A stretch of 34,381 nt of DNA from Macrostomum lignano (Eukaryota), in NCBI GenBank assembly GCA_002269645.1, contig NIVC01003230.1, forward strand, positions 1-34,381, given 5' to 3'. Each line of letters begins with the position of its first letter. Position 1 is the first letter of the stretch. The notes under the pieces were generated by a model that saw only the letters and a program-made list of their open reading frames with translations, did no database searches and was not told the origin of the DNA. Both the position numbers and the translations under genes were made by a program. Positions 1 to 9,313 of this stretch are shown here, one piece after another.

Positions 1-255
1 GAATCACCATACATACTGACAAACTCTGAGTTTCTACGCTTTTATATCTACCTGGAGAGCTAGAGAAAGACACCAACCAAGAAGAGCTACAGATCCATAC
101 TTCAGCCTTGATGTACATAAAATAGACAGACATTTTACCTCCGACTCCGGTGACTATTACTTTTTATCTCAGCCTTTAACCCTAAATCCCCCACACGGTC
201 ATTCACTAGCTGAACTCCTAGTGATACCAGCTGACAAGAAATTAATAAAATATTA
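1..255 (+). CDS. 3' fragment of an unknown viral ORF continuing from outside the window
   Basis: Open frame ...RHQPRRATDPYFSLDVHKIDRHFTSDSGDYYFLSQPLTLNPPHGHSLAELLVIPADKKLIKY* ends just before the A-rich ATG at 264. No family recognised. Confidence 0.4.
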
Positions 256-263
256 AAATAAAA

Positions 264-699
264 ATGACAAAGATGAAACCAGAACCATCAATAAACTCAA
301 TAAAATCATTGAATCAAAGAAACCAGGTTTATATCAATTAAAGGTGTCAAAGTAAAATCGATCCCACGCAGCAAATAGTTCAGTGTAATGACAAAGACAC
401 AGCATCACAAGATGAAAAGTCAGGAGGAATCCTACCATTAGCAGCTCTTATTCCGATCATTGCAGGCGCTGTAGTGCGCAGGTGGCAGCTGGAGGTGTAG
501 CAACTGCTGTTAAAGCTGGAATGATAGAGCCCACCAGCTGGAATTGCAAAAGATTGCAAGAGACAAAGGTATAACAATTAAGGCAGGAGAGGGCTGCCCG
601 ATCGTGATGATTGTGAATGAAAATTCTGTAAGCAAGTCTGACATTGTCAAAGCCATCATGACACTGCACAATGCTGGGTTTACAATAATGCGGATGTGA
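264..699 (+). pseudogene. Adenovirus pX/mu-like (Polinton PX-type) core protein precursor, frameshifted; absent from the ORF track
   Basis: Manual translation across shifts gives KSGGILPLAALIPIIAGAV..VAAGGVATAVKAG/NDRAHQLELQKIARDKGITIKAGEGCPIVMIVNENSVSKSDIVKAIMTLHNAGFTIMRM*. The first part resembles adenovirus pX GGILPLLIPLIAAAIGAVPGIASV. AAAAATG start at 264; TGA at 697-699. Confidence 0.75.
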
Positions 700-822
700 T
701 GAGGTTTAAAACCCCACTTTATCCAGCTTCATAAACCTAAAGCTACTGATAGGATGTAGAAACAGTTCAACTTTTCTATCAGGGTGGTCACCCTCAAAAT
801 TTTTTTTATATTTTCGAGAAAA

Positions 823-3800
823 ATGCCAAAAGCCAATCCAGCAAAGATTTAGTCAACAAATATTTTTCAAAAGGCGTCTCATTTCAAGACAAAAGTAATT
901 ACTAAGAGAAGCATGTAAACAAAAGTTAACACCGACCCTGGTCACCTGGGAAGCTATGAAAAACAGTTGGAAATCATCAATCAATTAGAATCCAACCAGT
1001 ATGCGCCTATAAAAATTCTGCAAAGGAACACCAAGAGAGGAGTCGCAACTTAGTTAACAAATACGAAACTCTCACTGGTGAAAAAGCAAAGTACCCACAA
1101 AATAAGCAGGAACAAGAGAAATTAGAGCAATTAATCCATTTAAAAGAGTCGGAGCTTGCCATTGAAGAGATTAATTTTGCACAGAGAAGTTTACAGAACA
1201 TTACATAGAGTACACAATCCCAATAAACGGCACCAACGGTACCACCGCAAACATCTACGACTATAAAGACAGCATCCAATCAGTTGTTGATCACACACTC
1301 AAAACACGCAAGACTTTAAACTACAGATATCATTCAAGATTGCGTTTTATATGCCTGCAAAACCCACTGAGCATCTCGAGTATTACATGACAACAAAGGC
1401 AAAGCCATTCACCCCACAGACACACTGGATCCTTTCCTTCAAGATGTCAATAAGAAAATTGAAGCGTTTACATCCAGAGGTTCCGGATGGGTCGTGGGAG
1501 GGATTCAAAGAGCGACTGTCATGGTCATGAAATATGACCCACTTAAAGCCTCCTCTTATATAGAGCTCCCGCATAAGCTAGCCGGCAAAAAAGCTTGCAT
1601 AAATGTTAAAAATAAAGACAATTGCTGTGCTCTATGGGCAGTTCTTTCTGCACTTTTTAGTGTCCTCACCACCCCGAAAGAACCTCAAATTATCAAAATT
1701 ATTTCAACTACTATCTCATCGAATGCGAAAAGAAGGGAATCAGGTTTGACAAAGGAGGCTTGGCGATCTCTCAGATCCCAAAGCTAGAAGAAGTGTTTAA
1801 TAACAAAATTAGAATCACAGTCTTTGAGTGGAGTGAAAAAACTGAGAAAGTTCAACCGGTCAGATGTAGCAAAGACGTTTTAGATCCGAGGGGAAAAGGC
1901 GGACTGAAGTGGATCTTCTAGTGATTGGTAATTTACTAGAGGAGGCTCACTATGTTTGGATTAAAGATCTTTCAAGACTCATTCACAAGCAGTTGAATAA
2001 TCATCACGAGGCTGTTGCCATCTGCCGCTTGTGCCTTAAGCATTACAGTGGACCTGAACGCTTTGAAAAGCTAACAGAGCATGAATTATCATGCGAGGAT
2101 CACCCGACAAACTGCTCTCTTCCTTCAGCTGAAGAGAAGTATCTCCGGTTTAAGAACTATCACAAGATGGAGAAGCTCCCATTTGTTGTATATGCTGATT
2201 TCGAATGCTCAATCATGCCGGAAACTCAAAAACAAACTCAAACTCAAAAACATGTCCCCAATTCAGTAGCATATGCCTTTATTAATACAAAAGGACTTGT
2301 TGAGTATAATTATTTCTTTGGAGAGCAGTGTGTGGAGCAGTTTATTGCCAGAATGTTAGAGTTGCAAAAAGTGATTAGCACCCTTCAACCTGTTCCAATA
2401 ATGATGACTGAGGAGGATGAAAGTAATTTCCTATCAGCAACTCATTGCCACATCTGCAGGAAACATTTAACTTGCACTAATATTAAAAACCCCACCGTTA
2501 GGGACCACTGCCACTTTACTGGGAAATTTAGAGGTGCAGCGCATAACACCTGTAATCTAAAGCTAAAATCGAACATTCATGATCTAACGATATTTTGTCA
2601 CAACGCAAAGAACTATGACATGCATTTAATAGTTGAAAAAATCGGCATGATTCCAGACATACACCTTGATTGCATCGCAGAGAACAAGGAGAAGTTTAAG
2701 TGTGTTGATATTAAACAGGATAATTCGGGTACAGGTAAAATAAGACTGAAGGATTCATATCAATTTCTAGCTGCCAGTCTAGACGAACTAAGCAAGAATC
2801 TAAAAGATGAACAATGTACATATACAAAGATGTTTGCAAGTAAAATTAACAACACTGATGAATCATTTAAACTCCTGAGAACCAAAGGCTTCTACCCCTA
2901 TGAAAATATTACTGGGTATCACGTATTTGAAGAAGGTTTACCACCACAGGAGAAGTTCTTTTCAAAGCTAACAGACTCTGGAATCTCTGACAAAGACTAT
3001 GAGCACGCGAAGCATGTCTATAGTTACTTTAATTGTCAAAACTTCTTCCAGTATCACCTGCTTTACCTCTTCACAGATGTGTTTCTGCTGGCTGATGTGT
3101 TTGAAACCTTCAGATGCACCTGGTACACAGCATATGGCCTCGATCCAGCACATTATGTGTCTCTGCCTGCCACTAGCTGGGAATCTTTGCTTAAAATGAA
3201 ATGGGATCAAGATCCAGATTGGTACATTGAACTTCTTACAGACATTGACATGTACAATTTTGTCGAATCGTCAAAGCGAGGGGGAATCTCAATTTGTGTT
3301 AACAGGTATGCAAAAGCAAACAATCCCTACATTGAATCTTACAATAAGGAGCAACCCTCAAACTACATTACTTACTTGGACGCTAATAATCTCTACGGGT
3401 GGGCGATGAGTCAAGATCTTCCAGTTAGAGATTTTCGATGGCTACCCTCATCAGAATTAAATGGGACTTTTCATTGGCTGCCATTTATGAGGTTGATGTT
3501 TACATTCCACCAGAGCTTCACGACTATTTCTCTGACTTTCCACCCTTCCCAGAGAACATCAAGTGCCGAAAATAATCGAAACTCCCAATGATAATAATGG
3601 AACTTGGCACCTGTCAGGAACAGAAAAAGAACATACAGAGAAACTAACACAGAATCTAAACAACAAGACACGTTACAAAATCCATTACAAACTGCTTCAG
3701 TATTTTATCTCACTTGGTTGCAGGGTCACCAAAGTTCACCGGGCTCTTACATTTACAGAGGAAGCGTGGATGAAACCCTACATTGATAAGAACACCCAGT

Positions 3801-4657
3801 TTAGGACCAAAGCAACCAACGACTTTGACAAGAACCTCTTTAAGTTGGCCAACAACTCTGTCTATGGCAAGACTCTTGAGAATGAGCGGAAAAGAACAAA
3901 CCTGAAACTTGTTACCTCATCAGAGCCTGATGTTATTCAGGCAAATATGTCAAAGCCAACATTCAAAGAACTCCATATCTTTAATAGCTACTTAGGTGTG
4001 ATCATATTTTACAAAACCAAGGTGACGCTGCGCAAGCCGATCTATACAGGTGTCACTGTTCTCGACGAATCAAAACGTCTGATGTACCAATTCTTCTATG
4101 GCATGAAGCAGCAGTACAAGGATAAAATGAAACTCTTGTACACTGACACAGACAGTTTTATTATGGACATTCAAACAGAAGACATTTATCAGGACATGCT
4201 GCAGCAAAAAGAGTTGTTTGACTTGTCTGAGTATGATAAATCTTTCAGGACGCTGAATGGTGATCAAGTGTTTGACGCCACTAACAAGAAAGTGATTGGG
4301 AAAATGAAGGACGAGATTGCTGGTGACATAATCACTGAATTCATTGGGTTGAGAGCAAAGTCCTATTTTATAAAATGTGAGTCGTCAGACCCAATAAAAA
4401 AATCAAAGGGAATTCCGAAACGTGTGGTTAGGAAGGAAATTAATGAAGCTGAATACAGAGACGCCTTGAATTGCAACAAAAAGACATCACATGAGTTCTC
4501 AAAGCTACAATCTAAAAACCATATTATTCACACAATTCAGCAAAAGAAGATTGGACTGTCAGGTGCAGATAACAAGAGATTCATTTTTGATGACAATATC
4601 AACAGTCTACCGTTCGGGCATTGGAGGTTAGGTTTAGGAGGTGGATATTGGGTTTAG
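823..4657 (+). CDS. pPolB: Protein-primed family B DNA polymerase (terminal-protein region, exonuclease, polymerase), broken by several -1 frameshifts
   Basis: N-terminal Polinton motifs FTSRGSGW, YDPLKASSYIELP, KACINVKNKD and IPKLE. ExoI VYADFE, ExoII HNAKNYD, ExoIII YLFTDV. Pol A YLDANNLYGWAM, B KLANNSVYGK, C LYTDTDS. The missing EVDVYIPPELHDYFSDFPPFPE segment lies in a third frame at 3489-3555. The start at 823 (AAAAATG CCA AAA) is inferred. Confidence 0.95.
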
Positions 4658-4690
4658 GTTTGAGAGAAAGTTTAATAAACCTCATAAAAA

Positions 4691-5092
4691 ATGACAACAA
4701 ATAACTTTCTTGAAGATTTGGCTAACGAACTGGAAATCCCAAACTTTAGAGGAATATTTATGAGGGACACTCTGCCTGATTTTCCTCTAAGAAAGGAATG
4801 CGGCATCATGAACTTTGACACCACCGATAAGCCAGGATCTCATTGGGTTTGCTGGGTGATTGATCCCGATCGCAAGCACAAGTGTTATTACTTCGATAGC
4901 TATGGGACGGCAGTACCAGAAGAGCTAAGAAATTATATGAAGGGAAAAAATAATAAAAAAATTTATCGCTCAGACTTTATTCTCCAAGGTCTTAGCAGTG
5001 ATATTTGCGGTGAGCTGTGCATGACTGTTTTGTATGCAATGACCAAAACACGAAAGACCTACAAGGAAATTATTCTTGGCTGTGTTTCATAG
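4691..5092 (+). CDS. Adenain-like (C5/Ulp1-fold) maturation cysteine protease
   Basis: 133 aa with GSHWVCW (His), YFDSYG (Asp) and LQ...ICGELC (oxyanion Gln, catalytic Cys); A-rich start context. Confidence 0.93.
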   Translation: MTTNNFLEDLANELEIPNFRGIFMRDTLPDFPLRKECGIMNFDTTDKPGSHWVCWVIDPDRKHKCYYFDSYGTAVPEELRNYMKGKNNKKIYRSDFILQGLSSDICGELCMTVLYAMTKTRKTYKEIILGCVS

Positions 5093-5096
5093 GGGT

Positions 5097-5753
5097 TCAT
5101 TGTGCATTTCTCGTTGTACTTCTCGTTGTCCTTCTTTCCACATAATGTTGAAAAACTTTCTCGAGTTCATTTCTCAGCTGACTCATGTCATCAGTACCGA
5201 CCATGTTCAAGTTCATTCGAATTGATTGTTCATAAAGATCCTGAATGGTTTTGAACTCATCCTCTGAAATGAACTTATCCTCGATTGCCCTTGAAATGTA
5301 CCCTATGATTGATGTGTGCACCCCTTTCTCTTTTACTTGCTTCTCCTGTAGCTGCTTTAGTTTTTTTCGCCTGTTTCGCGCTAATGCTCCAGTAATTGCT
5401 GAAATAAGTCCACATGCAGCACCCACAGAGCCGAGCGGGATTGCGATTGGGGCTGTGATGACTGGCAACGTTGAGACAGCTGCAGCAGATCCAGATAGAA
5501 CAGACACAGATCCTAGAATCATATTGCTGTAGTCGAAAAATTTACAGTGGCTTTCATAGCGTTTAATTTTCTTTGTGTTGTGGAAAATATTTTTTTCAAG
5601 ATCATCGCGCATTTTTTGAATCTCCACTAGTCGAAACTGCTGAGAGTTACAAGTAATGACAGGGTAGAGTTTTTGTTGCTCATATTGGGGTGCACTAGGT
5701 GCACTAGGTGTTGTGGGAGCGTTCGGATCATAAAGAGAATTTTGAGCATCCAT
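5097..5753 (-). CDS. Polinton membrane-hairpin protein (probably the GasderminX/PW-type conserved gene)
   Basis: 218 aa: Pro-rich N-terminus (PSAPSAP, LYPVI), coiled coil, a long Gly/Ala-rich hydrophobic segment (ILGSVSVLSGSAAAV...GLISAITGAL), then basic RNRRKKLK. The family name is recalled, not tested. Confidence 0.75.
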   Translation of the reverse strand: MDAQNSLYDPNAPTTPSAPSAPQYEQQKLYPVITCNSQQFRLVEIQKMRDDLEKNIFHNTKKIKRYESHCKFFDYSNMILGSVSVLSGSAAAVSTLPVITAPIAIPLGSVGAACGLISAITGALARNRRKKLKQLQEKQVKEKGVHTSIIGYISRAIEDKFISEDEFKTIQDLYEQSIRMNLNMVGTDDMSQLRNELEKVFQHYVERRTTRSTTRNAQ

Positions 5754-5861
5754 TTTTAAGGGAATTTTTTTAAAAAAATCGGCAACTAGTTGGTGGTGGT
5801 TAGATTTGTTTTACGGTTGATTGCTTCGTCTGCAGTCACGGCAACGGGTCTCTGAATCTGC

Positions 5862-6605
5862 CTATTCATTATCTGTGAGCTCCATTCTACGCATGATCTC
5901 AAACAAGTCGGTTGGATCACTTGTTTCCCTTGTGGTCTGTGGTGCCTCTTCAGCGTCAATGTTTTTGAGATTATGCAAGCGTTCAAGACGACCGATTCTT
6001 CTCACCGATTTCTGCCATTCGGTAAAAACTAAATCTACAAAGACTTTATTTGCAGTAATTCTTACTTTGATTTGATCATGCAACGCTGTTGACTGAGTCA
6101 TGAACTCTTCTAAATTCCTCACTTTACATGTGTTGGTTGCGACGTTTTCTTTAATTCTATCATGCAATGCTGTTGACTGGTTCATGAACTCTTCTAAATT
6201 CCTCACTTTAACTGCGTTTGTGAAAACTCCTTCTTCAAGAATGCGCATCCGCCTATCAATGGAGTTTCTCAGAAGATTAATTGTCGATGCTAAATTTGTT
6301 CTTAAACCGTTGATTTGCGAGACTATCGAAGTTATTTCTGACCTAAGTTCATTAGTTGCGTTTAACAACGGCACATAAAGCTTATCACTTTCAAACTTCT
6401 GCCTAGCTACTTTAAGCCTGAGATCTTCCATGTTTATCTGTAGCTGGTGCATGGAGCGCTCTAATTGTTTCAGTCTGTTTTTATTCAGTTTGATCTCTGG
6501 GATCTTTTCGTCGCTGTTGATATATCGCCTGTCAAGGATGGATACTTGAGCTGATGTAAGAGCGCTGTTGCCAGAAATGGATTCACCTGCAAAGTTTATC
6601 GACAT
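5862..6605 (-). CDS. Coiled-coil protein with a 28-aa internal tandem duplication; function unknown
   Basis: 247-aa intact ORF with heptad pattern; KVRNLEEFMxQSTALHDxIK occurs twice (84-bp DNA period). Confidence 0.8.
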   Translation of the reverse strand: MSINFAGESISGNSALTSAQVSILDRRYINSDEKIPEIKLNKNRLKQLERSMHQLQINMEDLRLKVARQKFESDKLYVPLLNATNELRSEITSIVSQINGLRTNLASTINLLRNSIDRRMRILEEGVFTNAVKVRNLEEFMNQSTALHDRIKENVATNTCKVRNLEEFMTQSTALHDQIKVRITANKVFVDLVFTEWQKSVRRIGRLERLHNLKNIDAEEAPQTTRETSDPTDLFEIMRRMELTDNE

Positions 6606-6621
6606 CTTTTAATAGCAAATT

Positions 6622-7422
6622 TTAAATTACAGTTCTTTTTTCTTTGCTGATAATCACAAACTGGTAAGGCTGATTCCACTTGTCATAGCAAAGATTAACG
6701 AATTCCTCTTGTGAAATCTTTCTGCTTGAGTTTTTTGTTGGATTTATGAAATAGGCAGGCGCAATGACCTCATTGTAAAATCTTTTTAACCTGTCCTGTG
6801 GAATGGTTGGAAACAGGAGAATCAGATTGCAGTTCCCACGAATTGTTTTGTTCGGGAGCTCGAACCAGTTCTGTGCAATGTAAATTACATTACAATTGTT
6901 ATGTCGCCCTCTTGTAAAATAGTTTTCTATCTGCTTCTGTGGGCCTGTCATACAATCATCAAAGACGATCAAATGCTTTCTCCCCTTTTCTAGCTCATCT
7001 GGTTGGGGTAGAAGTTTGGTCTTTGGATCAGCCTGTGGATCTCCATAGGTGAACACTTTAATGTTCTGCCATTTTTCATTGTCTTTGAGGTGCTTTGCAT
7101 ATTCGGCAGCTACAATTTCAGGGTTACTGGGAAGGCTCATTTGGTTATTAAAACATGCAATAATGTCCTCTTTGTTCAGCTTGTTTTGAAGCCCTGCAAT
7201 CAGCATTCTATACTCATCTTGATACAGTGTGGGAGAGTAGATGTGCAGAGTGTCATAGTCGATAAATCCAGGTCTAAGAAGCATGTTAAAGACTCTGAAT
7301 GTTTTACCTGAACCTGACGAACCAACAACAATGCATCTGAAGTGACTCGGGATTGACTCATGATGAGAAAACTTAATCTGATTACGCGTCCAGTGAGGAT
7401 TGAAGTCGTTTGAAAAGTCCAT
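6622..7422 (-). CDS. A32/FtsK-like genome packaging ATPase
   Basis: Walker A GSSGSGKT, Walker B LIVFDD, and the A32-type FTRGRHNN motif followed by VIYIAQ. Confidence 0.95.
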   Translation of the reverse strand: MDFSNDFNPHWTRNQIKFSHHESIPSHFRCIVVGSSGSGKTFRVFNMLLRPGFIDYDTLHIYSPTLYQDEYRMLIAGLQNKLNKEDIIACFNNQMSLPSNPEIVAAEYAKHLKDNEKWQNIKVFTYGDPQADPKTKLLPQPDELEKGRKHLIVFDDCMTGPQKQIENYFTRGRHNNCNVIYIAQNWFELPNKTIRGNCNLILLFPTIPQDRLKRFYNEVIAPAYFINPTKNSSRKISQEEFVNLCYDKWNQPYQFVIISKEKRTVI

Positions 7423-7464
7423 TTTTTTCTATGATGAAAAAAAAATAATTAAATAATAAATAAT

Positions 7465-7653
7465 TTAGATGTGTCATTTTGGGACTTAGATGTGTCATTT
7501 TGGGACTTAGATGTGTCATTTTGGGACTTAGATGTGTCATTTTGGGACTTAGATGTGTCATTTTGGTACTTAATTGTGTCATTTTGGGACTTAGATGTGT
7601 CATTTTGGGACTTAGATGTGTCATTTTGGGACTTAGATGTGTCATTTTGAGAC
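7465..7653. repeat. 9 x 21-bp tandem array inside the element
   Basis: Unit TTAGATGTGTCATTTTGGGAC, head to tail; copies 5, 6 and 9 carry substitutions. Confidence 0.97.
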
Positions 7654-7696
7654 TAGTCTTGTACCTTTACATTTCTTGTACCCTCGGAAAGTACCT

Positions 7697-8083
7697 TTAG
7701 TCAAATTTGAAACCACTTCCTTTTTTAATGCTTGCTCTCATCTTCTCATAGACTGCAGGGTCCACACTGTCTGGGTTTGGGGCCAGCGGGGCCAGCGGAG
7801 CCAGAGGTTGAATCTCTTGTTTAGGTGTTACAGTATCCTTTATCTTTTTGGCTGCTGTGGCTACACTGCCAGCCGCTTCGGCAACGTTCTTGATGTTCTC
7901 TTTGTTCTCTCCAATGACCTTAAAAATCTTAGCCCCCTGAGCGATCAAATCGGCAAGGCCATTCCCGGAGCGCTCTTTTCTTGGATAGTGGCCTGCAGGG
8001 AAAAGTCCAGATCCGCGTTTAATAAGATTAAGTTCCTCTTTGTCATAGTATTTGTCAATGTCTTTTTCGAAAATAAGTGGCAT
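7697..8083 (-). CDS. Small basic putative virion core protein (128 aa, MPLIFEK...KKGSGFKFD)
   Basis: It has its own AAAAATG at 8083, 16 nt after the restored stop of the upstream gene, and contains three (K/R)xGxG motifs. It is the C-terminal part of the 528-aa ORF-track entry. Confidence 0.7.
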   Translation of the reverse strand: MPLIFEKDIDKYYDKEELNLIKRGSGLFPAGHYPRKERSGNGLADLIAQGAKIFKVIGENKENIKNVAEAAGSVATAAKKIKDTVTPKQEIQPLAPLAPLAPNPDSVDPAVYEKMRASIKKGSGFKFD

Positions 8084-8099
8084 TTTTACTTGAAATAAA

Positions 8100-9283
8100 T
8101 TATTTTTTGTTGAACCGCGAAAGCAGAAGCTCTCTCGCCCTTTTATCGATGTATTTTCTCTCAAGCATTTTGTCCAGGATGTTGACAAATTCTTTTCTAT
8201 TCTCTCTTTCATTCCGGTCTTTGCCGCTCCTAGAAGAACCGCTACTCGCTTGTAGATTTCAGCTATTCCTTTTCCAGATTTGGGTGGTTGGTCTTGGGGT
8301 TGTGGAGTTGGTTGGGCTTGTGGCTGCTGGGGAGGTGATCCAAAAGACTGCTCACTTTCAGAGATGGAACTGTCATGTGGCGCCTGTCTTTGTTGAGGTG
8401 TGAAAACTCTTTGCTTGATTCTGTTCATTCGATCTGGAGAGTGTTGTTCTAAGTGTTGCCAGTCTGTTGGGTGATCATTTTTATACTTAGCTACTTGAGT
8501 CGGATCTGCATTTTCCAGTTGCCTGAGTACTTGTTCTTCTGTGAAATGTTGCTGCTGTTGTGGCGGTTGCTGTTGTTGCTGTTGTTGTTGTTGTTGTTGT
8601 CTTATGACCTCTTCCTGATCCGGCAAACCAAACCATTGTTTAAAGTATTTGTATTTTCTAAATCTGTTCAAGACAATCCCGTTTTCATGTAAAATTTTCA
8701 AAACACCGTTGTTCTTGAGCATATCTATATCCCTATCGAGAGCAAAGGTAACAAGATCTTTGTAATTTTTGAGCTGCTTTTTAGACGTATTCTCTAGATT
8801 TTTAGTCATGTAATCAAGTAAAGTTTGAGTGAACTGGATTCTTTTAGTTTTTGCGCCTTTATTGATTGAAATGTTTTCCTTTGTCACTTCAATGTTGTAA
8901 TCCACCGGTTCCTTGGTAATTTCTTTTCGCCAGGCGCTAATTCCAAAAATATATTTTCCATCATCCACTACGGGGCCAAAAAAGTTATCCGTCACTTTCA
9001 TCTGCACCGGTTGTCCTGGTTCCTGAGCCTGTGGTTGTCCTGGTGAAGATGGGATTTTACCCAATGTGTTTTGCAAGTGGCTCTCTTGAATATCATCAAC
9101 TGCTTCCTTCACAGTGTCGAGGTTTTTCTTCGCTTCTGTGTATCCGGGTTTGTGAAATTCGGTGGCTGCTTGGACAAACTCATTGTAGGATTGTTGCTCC
9201 TTATTTATTAGCCCGGTAACTCGTTTCTCTGCTTGTGCTAGCTTCTCCAATTCAGATATCTGCTGTGTACTTTTTCGCTTCAT
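8100..9283 (-). CDS. Polinton conserved protein with polyQ/PQ linker and a C-terminal RxxxLLG...GN helix (PZ/Oncoid-like); 1-nt deletion near 8213
   Basis: Restoring one A in ACCGGAAT gives ...KRVAVLLGAAKTGNERENRKEFVNILDKMLERKYIDKRARELLLSRFNKK* with TAA at 8102-8100. This matches the RL..L.GS..AGN C-terminal pattern I recall from Polinton proteins. Confidence 0.7.
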
Positions 9284-9313
9284 TTCTTATTTTATTTTAT
9301 TTTTAGTTAAAAA

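Noticed and set aside
3455-3565. Programmed ribosomal frameshift in pPolB
   Set aside because: Two consecutive shifts would be needed, there is no X XXY YYZ slippery heptamer at the sites, and similar lesions occur throughout the left part.
7465-7653. CRISPR-like array
   Set aside because: Units are contiguous with no unique spacers, there are no cas genes, and the context is eukaryotic.
7697-9283. Single 528-aa protein as listed in the ORF track
   Set aside because: Better explained as two genes joined by a 1-nt deletion near 8213.
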